Source: Lama glama
Lineage: Eukaryota
Length of the DNA: 64,000 nt
Reading direction: 5' to 3'
Assembly: GCA_028534125.1 (NCBI GenBank)
Contig: CM052817.1
Span: 93,684,001 to 93,748,000, forward strand
The translations under genes and the position numbers were made by a program. This document shows, piece after piece, positions 50,840-64,000 of the stretch (position 1 is the stretch's first letter; every line of letters begins with the position of its first letter). Under the pieces are notes generated by a model. That model made no database searches. It saw nothing but the letters and a program-made list of their open reading frames with translations, and was not told where the DNA came from.

Positions 50840-53624
50840 GACCAAACACTCCAATTAGATAGCAGATTTTGCAAGACTGATTTTAAAAGCCAGATCCAAC
50901 TATATGCTGCCAACAAAAAAACTCAATTTAAATTTAAAGAAGATAAATAAGTTGAAAGTGAAAGGATGGGGAAAGATCTACAATGCAAACAAGAAGCATG
51001 AGAAAGCTGGTGTCATTATATTACTATGAGACAGCGAAGATTTCAAAACAAATCATATTCCAATAGATAAAGATGGATGTTTCACAATGATAAAAGGGTC
51101 AATTTATCCACTTAATAATAAAAGTTCAAAGTTCATGAACCAAAAACTGATAGAACTAGAAAGAAAAATAAACAAGTCCATAATCATTATTGATTTTTAA
51201 TATCCCTCTCCTAATAGTTGATATAAGACAAAGAAAAGATAATCTTAACAACACAACCCAATAATCTGCACCTAACTGACAATTACAGAATCCTAGATCT
51301 GACAGCCACAGTACAGACATTCTTTTCAAGAACATACAGAATAGTCACCATGATACAATCAATGCCAGCCATAAAATATACCTCAATATATTTAAAAAGA
51401 CTAAAATCTAAGGGTATGTTCTCTTCTCAAATTATGATTAAATTAAAAGTCTGTAACAGTTACCTAATTATCCACATAGAAAAAGAAATAATTAAAAATT
51501 AAATAACCCATTTCTAAATAACCCAAGGGCCAAGGAAAAAATTGTAAGGAAAATTAGAAAATGTTTCAAACTGTATGACAATAAGAATACAACATAACAA
51601 AATTTATGGGACATAACTAAAACAGTAGTTAGAAAGAGATCTATAGCTTCAAATGCCCATTATTAGAAAATAAGATCTAAGTTTCTGACTTAAATCCCTG
51701 AAAAAGGAAGAAAAAATTAAAGTAAGGAAAGAAATACTAAAAATCACAACAGAAATCAAAGAAACATTAAATAGATTAAAAACAGAGAAACATTTTAAAA
51801 ACACAAATTGGTTCTTTGAACAGTTTAATAAAACCGATAATCTTCTAGCAAACTAATCAGGAAAAAAAGAGGGGAAACAAATTAAGAAAATCATTAATGG
51901 CATAATGGATATTGCTAGAGATCCTACAGACCTTAAAGAAAAAAAGAAAAGTTACGAACAACTTTATGCCTATTAATTCAATAACTTAGAGGAAATGCAT
52001 ATATTCCCTGAACAATCCAACTTACCAAAACCGAATCAAGGAGACAGAAAACTGACACTCCTTCTACTAAAGAACTTGAATTCATAATCAGAAACTTTCT
52101 CACAAAGAGAGAAGACATAAAAAGAGGAGAAAAATATAAGAGAAAAAAAGAGAAATAGGAGGCACAAAATAATAACAGTAGGAATTTCAAATATATTAAG
52201 AAAGACACTACATAAAAATAGACTGAGTAAAAAGAGTAAAAGAAAGAGGTAGAGCCACATTACTATCTGATATCAGACAAAATGCATGTGAAGCCAAAAA
52301 ACAGTATTGAGGATAAAGAGATTTCTACTCAATAATAAAATATCCAATTCACCTGAAAATATAACAATGAACAATTCTAAAATCATATTCACCTGGCTAT
52401 ATAAAATAAAAATTAATAGGATTACAAGGGCAAAATGAAATATTTACCATCACACCATCATAATGGGAGATTTTAACACGTAACACTTCTTTTGAATTTT
52501 TGAGTACTCAATATAACAAGGAAACAAAAATTAATATACATGCCAAATATCTAAAGGAAAATGATAGAAATATATTATATATTAATAATATATAAATGAT
52601 AGGAATGATAAAACCCTGTACTTAACAAAAGATAAAACTTATTCATCTCAAGTATACATGGAATATTTACCCAAATTGACTAAATATTAAGTTATTTTTA
52701 GACTATTCTTCTAATCACAATAAAAATAAATTAGAGATCAATCACAAAGATATCCAAACAATTAAGAAAAGACTCCAAAACACTTTCTAATTTGTGTACC
52801 ATCATTTTAAAATGCATCCTTCAATCATGTGGTTTAACACTGATCTCTTGAAGGTATCATATTAAAATATTTTGCATGTACTACAAAAATTAATAATAAT
52901 AAAAGGATGATAAAGCAGTGAAGAACAAGAAGACAGGAAAATGAAACCTAGAATTATGAACTGGATCTTGTTTCAGAAAAGGGAAAATATGCTTTAAAGA
53001 GCATTATTGGGACCATTAATGGAATTGGAATGAAAACTTCAGACTAAAGAAAAGTATTATATCAATGCTAAATTTCCTGAATTTGATAACTACACTATAG
53101 ACATGCAACAGAATATTCCTATTCTTAGGAAATACTCCTTGAAGCACTATGTATGCAACCCACTCACAAATAGCTCAGAAAATAAGACATATTGCATGTG
53201 TGCACACACATGCACATGCACAACTGTGCATGCATGTAATAAATAATAAAGCAATGTGCCAAAATGTTTTAAAAACTAAGTAAAAATTGAAATGTTTAAA
53301 AAATGAATCTAAGTAAAAGAGCATAGTGGTATGCACATTTGTTACTTTTTTGGGCAACTTTTCTATAAGATTGAAATTATTTCAGAATAAAACTTTTTTA
53401 GAGAGATAAATTAGCCTTCTTCACCAGCACTTTAACTTTACATGTTACAAGAAAGCAGGTGCCATCGATTCCACAAAAAGGATTTTGTCATTAAAAAACA
53501 TAGGGGAAATTTAAATTCATAAATTTTACATATAGAAAACACAGATACTATCCTCTTGTAATTGAGTTGGGAAGAGTTGTAATATATGAGATATATCAGA
53601 ACTATCAACAGTACTTCTAAGAGA

Positions 53625-53850
53625 GACAGGGTAAGGAATTTAACTTTGAAGGCATACAGACATGGACTTGAACACAGGAGCCAATGCTGACCACTGATGT
53701 GCCCTTGAGTACTTTTCTTAATCTCTGAGCTTTGGTGGTTTCATCTGTATCTTGGAGATAATGAGCCTACCCTGTAGCATTGTTGTGAGGATTAAATCTA
53801 ATGTAAAGAGTTAACATAAATTAAACACTTCAAACATGGCAGCTATTATC
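53625..53850 (+). mobile_element. MIR
   Basis: TTAATCTCTGAGC..TTCATCTGTA..GGAGATAAT..TTGTGAGGATTAAAT. Confidence 0.75.
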
Positions 53851-54904
53851 ATATGAGTGATGCACAGCTAGAAACAGACAAGAGAATGATTCCACTGACA
53901 AATCCAGTGTACTCAGGCAATGGGTGTTAATTCTGTTCATAACACAAAAGAGTTATTGAAACATACAGAGAAATCATAACAAGACAATCCAGGAAGATAG
54001 AAATAAATGTAGAAATTAGCACTGTCCTGGTTAAGATTATTAACTTAAAATGTACATTAATCCCTAAGCAAGCATTTAATGTCATACTTCAGACAATCCC
54101 ACAGAGATAGTATTACACAAGGGTGACACAATTTGTTTGGAAGAATAAGATAAAATGATATAAAAACAGCATTAAAGCCCTGATGCAGTTACCTTATGAA
54201 ATGCTAACCTACATGACAAAGTGAAAACCACTGAAACCATAAAGTATTTAACACAGAAAAATAAGTAGAACAGAAAAGATAACCAAGAAAAGGAATAAAA
54301 TCATTGTAAGACCCTAATAAATGTCAAATTAAAGTAACATCATAATGAATGAAAGAATCATTATTAGTCACTGTCAGTGAAAACAGAGTGGAAAAGAATT
54401 GGAAATCCGTAATTCACAGCTTCATGGCTAAACATTTCAAAAGGATCAAATAATTTCAAAACAATTTTAATATAAAAGACTGAGTTTTTCTTCCCATCTG
54501 AGAATGAGATTAAAAACTTTTGACTAGTAAAGAGATGAAGGAAAATTATTAGACACAAAATAGTAAATACCTGTTAAAATTGCTTACTAAAATGTGATAA
54601 AATAAATGTAAAACTATACAAACAGAATGCCAATACACTGGTGGAAAAATTATTCTGAAAAATATTTAGGGAATTTGTAAGTGATCGACTGCCAGGTATC
54701 TCCAGAGAAGTGACAAAACAGATGAACTAACAGTATACAGACTGAAAAATACAAAGAAGAAATCACCTCACAGGCTATAAATTACATGTGTAACACCATT
54801 ATGATTGGAAGTATTCAGAAACAACCCAGCTGCCCAAAGAACGAGGAATAATTAAGGAAGCCCTCATCTGTCTGGGTGGGGAACATGCTGGTGTAGTTTG
54901 TACT

Positions 54905-55000
54905 TCTCCATTTTATATAAGGGACTTGAGTATCCCCGGATTATGGTATCCTCAAGTGTCCTGCAACCAATCCCCCCATGGATACTGAGAGTCAACTATA
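54905..55000. mobile_element. Tigger (Tigger3/MER2-type) terminal fragment
   Basis: CCATTTTATATAAGGGACTTGAG..TGGTATCC..AACCAATCCCCCCATGGATACTGAG..ACTATA. Confidence 0.75.
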
Positions 55001-55026
55001 TTGTTTTTAAAAATGACAAGTGTCTG

Positions 55027-55695
55027 TGCAGATTCCTCAAAAGACTAGGAATAGACTTATCATATGACCCAGGAATCCTGCTCCTGGGCATATATCCAGA
55101 AGGAACCCTACTTCAGGATGACACCTGCACCCCAATGTTCATAGCAGCACTATTTACAATAGCCAAGACATGGAGACAGCCTAAATGTCCATCAATGGAA
55201 GACTGGATAAATAAGAAGTGGTATATTTATACAATGGAATATTATTCAGCCATAAAAACTAACAACATAATGCCATTTGCAGCAACATGGATGCTCCTAG
55301 AGAATGTCATTCTAAGTGAAGTAAGCCAGAAAGAGAAAGAAAAATACCATATGAGATCGCTCATATGTGGAATCTAAAAAAAAAAAAAAAACACAAACAA
55401 AGCATAAATACAAAACAGAAATAGACTCACAGACATAGAATACAAACTTGCGGTTGCCAAGTGGGGGGAGGGTGGGAAGGGACAGACTGGGATTTCAACA
55501 TTGTAGAATAGATAAACAAGATTATACTGTATAGCACAGGGAAATATACACAAGATCTTATGGTAGCTCACAGAGAAAAAAATGTGACAATGAATATATA
55601 TATGTTCATGTATAACTGAAAAATTGTGCTCTACACTGGAATTTGAAAAAACACTGTAAAATGATTATAAATCAGTAAAAAATGTTAAAAAAAAA
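55027..55695 (+). mobile_element. Young 5'-truncated L1 (intact ORF2 C-terminus plus 3'UTR)
   Basis: Uninterrupted ORF2 tail FLKRLGIDLSYDPGILLLGIYP..CTPMFIAALFTIAKTWRQPKCP..WYIYTMEYYSAIK..LSEVSQKEKEKYHM; poly-A; perfect TSD GACAAGTGTCTG at 55015-55026 and 55696-55707. Confidence 0.95.
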
Positions 55696-58228
55696 GACAA
55701 GTGTCTGGAACAATGCATCTGTCTTCTTAGCACTTAAAGTCACCATTTTATTAACTCTCTCATTTGCCAACGATGTTGTAATCAAAGTGTAATTGTGTGC
55801 TGCCTAAATAAATGTCTCATGGAGGACCCCCACCTCTCTTTTTCCTTCAGCTTTTTCTCATGACTACTTTTCAAACATTTGCTTTCCTTTCGTTTCCTCA
55901 AAATAAATGTCTTGTTTTACATGAAATTATACAATTTACTTCTTGCTTAAAATCTGGTCTAACTCCCAGAATGAACCTGCTCCCTCTTAATTATTAGTGT
56001 TTGTCCACTGGGACTGGGTTACACTGAGAGAAAACCAGGTGCCACGTACTTTTTGTGATCCGGCTTCAGAAGCCAGAGCTTCACTTCTGTCATTGTCTAT
56101 TAGTTGGAGACCCTACTCACAGACTCCAGTTGTAGTAACAGATCCCATCTTCAAGGGGAGGCATGTTAGTCATGTGAGAAGTACATGTGGGATAAGATAT
56201 CTATACACTGGTGTGGTCAAAATATAATCTCTCATGAACCCTGAATAAAGGAATGGCAAATATATAATCTTGTCATTGATATTAAATTAAGAGGAATTAC
56301 TAATGCTCTCAAAAATATTTTTTTAAATGATTAAAGCTCTTTTTCCTGATCATTAAAAGGAGTATGATGGTTAAGAGCATCAGCTTTAGAGTCAGACAGA
56401 CTCGGGCAAGTTTCAAGTAAATTACCTGACATGCAGAATAGGGATAATGATACCTACTCTAGATGGCTGTTGCCACAAGCTAAGGGTTTGTTGTTATTAC
56501 TACAAAAACTAACTGCATTATTTTCTAGTGAAGAATATTTGGAAAATACAGAAGTATATAGAGAAGAAAATGAGTCACTCAGTGGCACCACTCAGGAAAA
56601 ATAAAGCTCATTTTAGAATGATCTTGACAAAGCAGCATGAGTCCCATTTTTTTTTTTAAGAATATGTTTCAGTAGGGGAAAGGGTGAAAAAAAGACAAAA
56701 ATCTTGCTCGGTACCATTTTATGATACTTACCAAACAGCTGTGGCTCTGCAGGGCCGATGCAGAGCTGGGGGAGGCAGGTGTCTACACACTGGGTGACAG
56801 GGTAGGATGAAGCTCTTGAGGGGGTCAGAGGAGCGGGCCAAAGCCTGGGTGGGCTTCAGATCACTGGGAAGCCATGGGAAGGGGTCTAAGAGCAGGCAGT
56901 GACAGCGGCACAGACACGGGACAAGGCTGAGGGGTCCATCTATGAGGGGCCCTGGGAAATGGGTCTGGTCAGATTGCTGGGTCCTTAGAGGAACGAGTGA
57001 ACAAGGAGCCCACGAGGTCAGATGGTGAGTGCAGACGCCACGAAAAGGAATTTAAATGTTATCCTCATAGGGAGTGGGATGCTTTGAGAGCTCCTGGGGA
57101 GTGAAGGGTTATGACCTACACTACTGTCCTTTAGATAATTTAATGTGAAACTCACAGGAGATTCCAGAAACAGGGCGATAAAACGTGAAATACCAGATGA
57201 GAGAACTTAATGAGGAAAAGTATTTAGAAAACAGAAGAGTCAGGAATTAATACAGTATGCAAAAGAACGAAGCACATGCCCTGCAGAAAGACCCAGGTAC
57301 TCTGCAGGCACATGCCATGTCTGGAGTACAACTGTAAAAATAACATGATGCTGAGAAACATCGAAAAGGAATATGACAAAGAAAAGGCCAGCGTATGCTA
57401 CGTAATCAGAACTTCGTGGGGTAGTTTCACTCATCCAGTGCTAAAAGTAAGATACAGGACTAGCATGAACAACAGGGCAAAAACAGAAGCTTTGTCGTTG
57501 TTGTTGTAATTTTTTAAAGTAAAAGGAGCTAACAGTGTCAAAAAATATGCCCAGTCATGACAATGGCCCCAACTATACAGAGAGAGCTAGGGAGTACGAT
57601 GCTGATTAGCTGATCTCTGCAGGAAATCTGGGCTGCATAGTACAATAAAAACTCAGCTTAAACGTGAAAACAAGATGTATTTCCCACTTTTCAACACATA
57701 CCTTCTGTCCCTTCTCTCTCTTTGACCCCAGGCCCATGGACATCTTCAAGAAGCAGTAACACCCGATGTACTTTATAAATTCACATTCCTCAAAGGCCTC
57801 CTGAAGGCCCTTCCAGTGCCATGATTCTGTGACTCTATTCTGTCCCATCCAGTAAGGTTCTATTTTAAGCACCTGGCTTCTGCCTGTGGTACGTGGATTT
57901 GGGAGGAGAGAGAACTCCTTGAAGCCAGCTTGACCATATGAATCAGTGACCAGTAATTAAAAGTGTGATAGATATTATGGTCTCATCACGTATTCCATAT
58001 TTGACTCTGATTTTTAAAAATCATTAAATAGTTAACCTCATAGAAAACTGTTCCTAAGGCCTGGAGGGTTGGGTGCATCATCCAAAAGAGACGATTAGAA
58101 ACTTGAATTTTCTCATTCCTGACCTAGGTGCTGCTTCACTCACCATATGTTCTATTTTCCATATTTCTTCTTTAATATTTTTCCATGTACTTAGGGAGTT
58201 ATTTATTTCATTTCCCCAAACCATATCC

Positions 58229-58574
58229 TGTTACAGACTGAATATTGGTTTCCCTCCAGTTTTCAATGTTGAAATCTAATCTCCAGCGTGATGGTATTAG
58301 GCGGTGGGAACTTTGGGAGGTGATTAGGTCGTGATGGTGGAGCCCTCGTGAATGGGGTTAGTGCCCTTGTAAGAAGGGACCAGAGAGCTAGCTCACTCTC
58401 CTTCTGCCACGTGAAGATGCCTGAGAAGTTGGCAGTTGACAACCAGGGTCCTCACCGGAACCTGACCAAGTGGGCACCGTGATTTCAGACTTCCAGCCTC
58501 CAGAACGATGAGAGATAAATTTCTGTTGTTTATAAGCCACCTAGTCTATAGCAACACAAACAAACTAAGATACA
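58229..58574 (+). mobile_element. MLT1A-type MaLR solo LTR
   Basis: TGTTACAGACTGAAT..GTGATGGTATTAGG..TTTGGGAGGTGATTAGGTC..GACTTCCAGCCTCCAGAAC..AAACTAAGATACA. Confidence 0.9.
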
Positions 58575-61500
58575 AGTGCTTTTCCCAAAAAAAAAGAGAC
58601 AAATTCCATTTTAAACAACTTAACATTTTCAGGATGTGGAATTCTATCTTATTCCTATCTAGGGGCCTGCCTCATCACATCTAAGGCTAAAACACAAATG
58701 CCACCAACCTACAGACGTCCAAATTGAGGGTTTTTATAAGACCTGCTTAAGGAAACAGACATTTTTCAGAGCTGTAGAATGGAAGCCAGCCATGTAAGGT
58801 AAAGACCAGTGAATTGTACCACATGTGTTTGAAAAAGAAAAAGAAATTCTATGTGGAGACCCGAGATTGAGGAGGCCCAGGTTGCCTTGTGGTCAGAGGG
58901 GTGCAGACCCGGGAAATGAAATTCTGATCCAGGAGGAGGCCCGCCTGGTAATCTTCTCCTAAAGATCAGCATTAAATCTCCCATGTAGACAGTCCACAGC
59001 CCAGGCATGTCCTCAGATTCCCCATCTATAGATCTTTTCCAGCTGTAACTTGTCTAGATTCCAGAATCACAGCCCGAATTTCTGCCCAAGCCCCTGTCCC
59101 TGAGGCTTGGAATTGTCCGTCTTTCATGTGTCAGAAGTGAAACACCCTGCTGGTTGCTGGAGGAGAAGGAGGCTTTGTCCCTTCCCGGCTTCATCGCTTG
59201 ATTTTTAAGCAACTAGCTGGGGAAATACTGGACTTAATGAGCCCTTCTTTTGTCCTTGGAAGAGTCACAGAATGCAGCTGCCAGGCAGCGAGAGTGGTAC
59301 AGGAGTCTTACAGATCCTCCGTAATTCTTCAGATAGCGTCCTATTTTACATCATTTACCGATGGCCAGACAGCTGAGACTCAATTGCCTATAAATTCCCC
59401 AATAAAAGAGGCCCAGGTGTGTCTTCATTATTGGCCACATTTTCCTGCACATTCTGAGTCTCTGAAGAAAAGCAAACTTTCCTTCTTTTCTATGAAAGAG
59501 GGAAGGAACAGCATGTATTCACGGAAAGTTACTAGAATTCAGTGATCCAGGAAGCACTTCCCAAGTACCCCGTCTGAGCCAGGCACTGAGTTAGGATTTA
59601 TAGATCTAGTGCAGAATAACATAAATAATTCCTGGCATACCCTGCCCAGCTGGAAACAGCCCTGTGCAGAGGAGAGCTCTAAGCCTCAGCACATGTGATC
59701 AAGCCTTTATCCGGACAAACCTGTAAATGTCTAAATCAGGAATTTTTAGTCAGAATAAACATTTTATGAAGATGTAAAATGGTTACAAAACACTCACAGC
59801 ACTAGTTTTATAAGGCCCTGCTTACAATAACCAGAGTTGGCCTCACATTAATTGGTTATCACTTGCTCTAACAAAGTGAAAAATTTTATTTCAAATCTTC
59901 ACTTTTCTCAAGGTTAAGCTTTTAACTGTGCGGTGGAGCGGGGGTGCGCACAATGATGACATAGTAAATCTCTGTCTTTCTAGTTGTCATCAAATAGTTA
60001 AGCAAATCCAGCTCTACTCGGTAGCTAGCTTGTTGGACTATTTGTGCTACAGGTTTCTGCACTTTACAGTGAAGGCAAAATCGATTTGTGGTCAACTTGC
60101 TGATGATCATCTTGACGTCAGCCGTCCAGCTAGTAAGACGGAGACCAGGTCAGCCCAGAAGAACCTCTCAAAACAAATTTACATATTGATTCTTCTCTCT
60201 CCCTGTCTCTTTTTGATCATATTTGAGGCTTGCTGTGATGTAGGGACACTTGGGAGTATATATCTTCCCAAAGACAGAAAAATGCAAATCTTTCACAAAT
60301 TTGTTTTCAGGATAAATTTTACTGTTGAAAGCTCCCTTATGGTAGAATGTGCTTCTCAAAGAGGAAATAAAACATATCTCAATAAATTGTTCCTCCCATA
60401 GGAAAAAGAGACGAGATTTATGTCAGTATATTGATGACAAAGTAAATATCTAAGAACTGTATTGGTCTCATTTTCTGTTTGTGAAAATTGAACAAAAAAT
60501 CTAGGGTGCTTTTTATGCGTAATGTTATTGAAAAAATCTGCCCAGTCCAGAGCTTCCTGATTCCAAAGAAAAACCTAGAAGGCACTACCTTGATGACTGA
60601 TTTCTACCTTCAGGAACTGAAAAATATGAATAACAATGGTAGAATTCCAAGTAAGGTTTAACGTCATGTGTGAAAATTGTGCTTATTTCCAAACTAGCTT
60701 ATCTGGAATGAAGAAGAATGTGGATTTTCCATTCGAAATTTCCCTATATGCCTCCCGTAATTTCCCTGTACCTCTTCTTTTCTCAAAAATAACTCCAGAA
60801 TATTATTAGCTAGGGAGTTTCTTGTGCATTCGATTTCTCAAGGAAATGAGTCATGCTGTTCTCCAGGACATCTTTTACTAACGAGCTTCTTTACTTGGGC
60901 TGAAGCAGTGGTGACCCTGAGTGCTGACAAGCAGAGAAAATAATTGCTTGGAACCCAAATGCTGCATTTGTATGTGAACAAGCCAAGTGCACTCTGAAAT
61001 TATATACCTGCTTTTCCCTCTCCTTCTTCATCCAGCTCCCCCTTATCCACACCAACATTTGGCATCAGTTCTACCTTTTTTCACAGCTATACCACACGGA
61101 GGCTTAAAAACTCTTGGGGCAGTATTTTAAATGCAGTTAATCAGCAAGACACATCTCTCTCCAAAATAAAAAAAAAATTTTTTTAAACACTTCAAGAATA
61201 TTGAAGTGATCTAGGGGGTTCATCTACTATTTGCCAACTTAAAAATATATGTATATCTGGAACACAAAAGGATTTGGTCTCAAGGTGTGATATGGCTTGT
61301 GAATTTCAATATGTAATTCAGTCCTGCTGTGCTGAATATATTCAATATAATGAGGTTTTTGAGGCTGTGTATCAGGTGAAACTGCTTAATGGTGCTTCTA
61401 TGGCTAAACTGTGACCCACGCATGGGCTTTTGTGCATTCACCTTAGCATATAGGAAAGCCATTCTGCTCGATAATAGACTAACACAGGGGCAGAAAAACA

Positions 61501-62469
61501 TGGGCTAAAAATATCTTGCATTTGTATGGCACATTACAATTTAAAATTACATAATTTTTCATAATTATTGCACCTGCCTCAAAGGGTTGCAAAGATTAAA
61601 TGAAACAATGCAAGTCAGCTCCTGACACATACGTAGGTCACAGTAAATGGAAACTTGTTCCTGTTACTGATTTCATTTTCTTCTCTGGATGACATATGTT
61701 TCTATTCAATCTGTTCTTATAAGTCTGTGAGTCTTTTCTTCAAGTTAGCACTGAAATCAAGTAATGGCCACGGACTTTCAGTCGCCTATGGTTGTCTTTC
61801 CAAATGGCACTGAGTCATTCATAGTACACGAACCCCCCAGACTACACGTTTACGTCAACATCTTGGATTCCTGACTCTAGATTTCACTAGGATCACTTAG
61901 AAATCATATTACTTTGACTTTTTATAAACTTTTCCAAATAAAATTTTAATTTGCATTTAATTATCCAGCTCTTTGAAGATTATAATACAGTTTCTTTCCC
62001 AGATTCTTCTTTCCTCTGTCAGGGATCTCAATTTGTCCTTTTTTTCCCATTAACTCCCAAGTGAAAGTTATAATTTTAACTCCTTTGAAAAGAGTTGTTA
62101 TAAGACTGTCAGACTGAAGGAAAAAATAAAAATTAAAGGGGCAGTTGCTTCTGAGAGCTGAAGGTCCTCCCTTCTCAGCAAAGATGGAGCACCTATACAT
62201 AGGACTGACAATCACAAATAGAGCATAAATCTGGAGTCATGCACAAATTATATATTCCTTTAATTAGGCTTTAATGAATTTTCTTTAGAGAAAAATTATA
62301 TGTTACCATGTGGTCAGCAGAATGATTTGTCCTGTTACCTTTGCCCTATAAAATGGTCACTTGATCTTTAGCAACAAGCCAACACTCACAGAATCTCACT
62401 ATTTTGACAACATTTTCAGGGACACAATAACCATATCTACTCTTTGAAGAAAGGCAATGCTGTTGAACT

Positions 62470-63085
62470 CGGGTAGTAAAATGGATATTAGTACTGGCTC
62501 ACCCAGAAACTATTCCCACATCCACCTCCTTCCTTGCTCACAGAATCCCAATTTTGTTCAGGTCTTGCTTATTAAATCTCAACTTTCACCAGGTATCAAA
62601 CACTCCATGAGCTTCAAGGGAGGTGGCCGCCTTTTTAGATCCAGCCCCAGCACTAGACCTGGGGGTGAATCACCATTTGTCCAGTTCCTTTGTCAGTGTT
62701 TGCTTTATGCTGGGACATGTGATACAGTGCAGGACAATGAGACAGGAGAGGACATCTGGTGAGAGGATTCTGAAAAGAGATGATGAAGAAGAAAGGGCTC
62801 CTCTCTGCTCCTGGATATTGTCATGTCTGCACATTGTTATAAAACTGCAGCACCCATCTTGGGACCATGAAGGAAGTTAGCCTGAAAGGAAATGCTGAGG
62901 ATGGCAGAGTACAAAGGTGACAGTTAGGTAGAATTCTGATGAAATTATAAAACTGCTGAATTAACGAAACTTGGGATTGTCCTACCTCTGGAGCTCTTGC
63001 TATGTACGATATGAATGTCCTCATTATTTAAGACATTTTAAGTTAGGGTTCCTGATACTTACAACCAAAATCAGCCTAACTAAGT
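62470..63085 (+). mobile_element. MLT1J/K-type MaLR LTR
   Basis: CAGAATCCCAATTTTGTTCAGG..GCAGCACCCATCTTGGGACCATGAAG..GAGGATGGCAGAG..AGCCTAACTAA. Confidence 0.75.
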
Positions 63086-63454
63086 GATAGTAATATCACT
63101 TTATGAGATGCTCCCTAAAGGCTAAAAGATGTCCATCAATTCGGTGCTAGACTGGAGGCTTCTGCCCTTACATTATAGCATTCCAAGACCTATCCTCCAT
63201 CAGCTTCCAACTCTATAGGCATGTGTTATTATAACTTAGAATGGAAAAGTCATTTAAAGCGTTAGCCAAAATAATAAATATGTCAAATATGAAAAAGTGA
63301 GAGCAATACCTAACCCAGAGAAGACTAGTGATAAATAAAGACAGACTTGAATCTGTAGCTTTTTTGTATTTATCATTGTGGAATGCCTAACCAGAACCCA
63401 TCAGAACAAATGAGTCCTTAAAGGTTATCTGAATAAGGCATGTGAGTTTTGAAA

Positions 63455-63695
63455 ACAATATGGGTAGAACAGAGTGATGGCCAGAAATGCCCAAGATGAG
63501 ATGTAATGGGAATAAATGTAAAGTCTTAGATCTCAGTCCTAGAAAAGGCACTGTACAGATTTAGGAAAGAGCTAAAAGGAAGCCCTCATGGTTTTAGTTG
63601 TTCCCAAACTCAGCACACACAAATAATGCTCTGTGGCCACCATAAACATCATGCAATCTTCCTTCTAGACACTGTTGAGTGTAGTGTCTAGATGG
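63455..63695 (+). mobile_element. L3/CR1 LINE fragment
   Basis: ATAAATGTAAAGTC..GGTTTTAGTTG..AAACTCAGCAC..TGTGGCCACCA..ATGCAATCTT. Confidence 0.6.
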
Positions 63696-64000
63696 TTGAT
63701 TTTTAGCCACAGCTAGATATCAAAATTATATGTCCTTTTAAAAATGCAAATATCTGGGCCCAACTCCAGATGAGTGAATCAGAACATTTTGGAGTTGAGC
63801 CTGGTTTTGTGCATGTTGTAAAATTCCATAGGCAAGAGTCAATGAACTGGTCTAGACTCTAGATCAAGCAAGATCCCCTGAACTGATCTCTGTGTCAGTC
63901 TCATCAGAGGGACTTTATATAGCTCTGGGAACCATGGTTTCAAAGAGACATTTAAAAGCTGGAACTCACACAAAGAAAGCCAAGCAAGAGGATAAGGAGT

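Larger units (their letters stand above)
46420..53400 (+). mobile_element. Large degraded old L1 (5'/ORF1/ORF2/3' pieces) with nested elements
   Basis: A-rich; L1 motifs CCAACTATATGCTG..TTGAAAGTGAAAGGATGG, ATGATAAAAGGGTCAATT, AAATAACCCA..GGAAAATTAGAAAA, AATTGGTTCTTTGAA, ATAACTTAGAGGAAATG, ATGGGAGATTTTAACAC. Confidence 0.85.

Noticed and set aside
54898..55377. 159-aa ORF as a host gene
   Set aside because: It is a Tigger fragment fused by chance to the L1 ORF2 C-terminus.
1..64000. CRISPR arrays, operons, rRNA or other prokaryotic systems
   Set aside because: The sequence is mammalian, with no regularly spaced direct repeats, rRNA-like sequence or dense long ORFs.

Overview
AT-rich mammalian genomic DNA, most likely from a camelid. 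This is inferred from five copies of a tRNA-derived SINE of the camelid Vic-1 type. The window looks intronic. It is dominated by L1, L2, MIR, MLT1/ERV LTRs, hAT/Tigger fragments and microsatellites, with a 500-N gap. A few small candidate exons on the minus strand point to an unidentified minus-strand host gene. Almost all ORFs in the supplied track are spurious or repeat-derived. The standout is a ~1 kb insertion at 16795-17790 (+), bounded by an L1-type target-site duplication and ending in TAAAAAAA. Across frameshifts, its translation carries several collinear motifs resembling bornavirus nucleoprotein (N), followed by motifs resembling phosphoprotein (P, with overlapping X). It is a candidate endogenous bornavirus-like element copied from a bicistronic N-X/P read-through transcript. 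The comparisons were made by eye against BoDV-1 protein sequences recalled from memory and need confirmation by tBLASTn or HMM search. Repeat family names are by-eye assignments with approximate boundaries.
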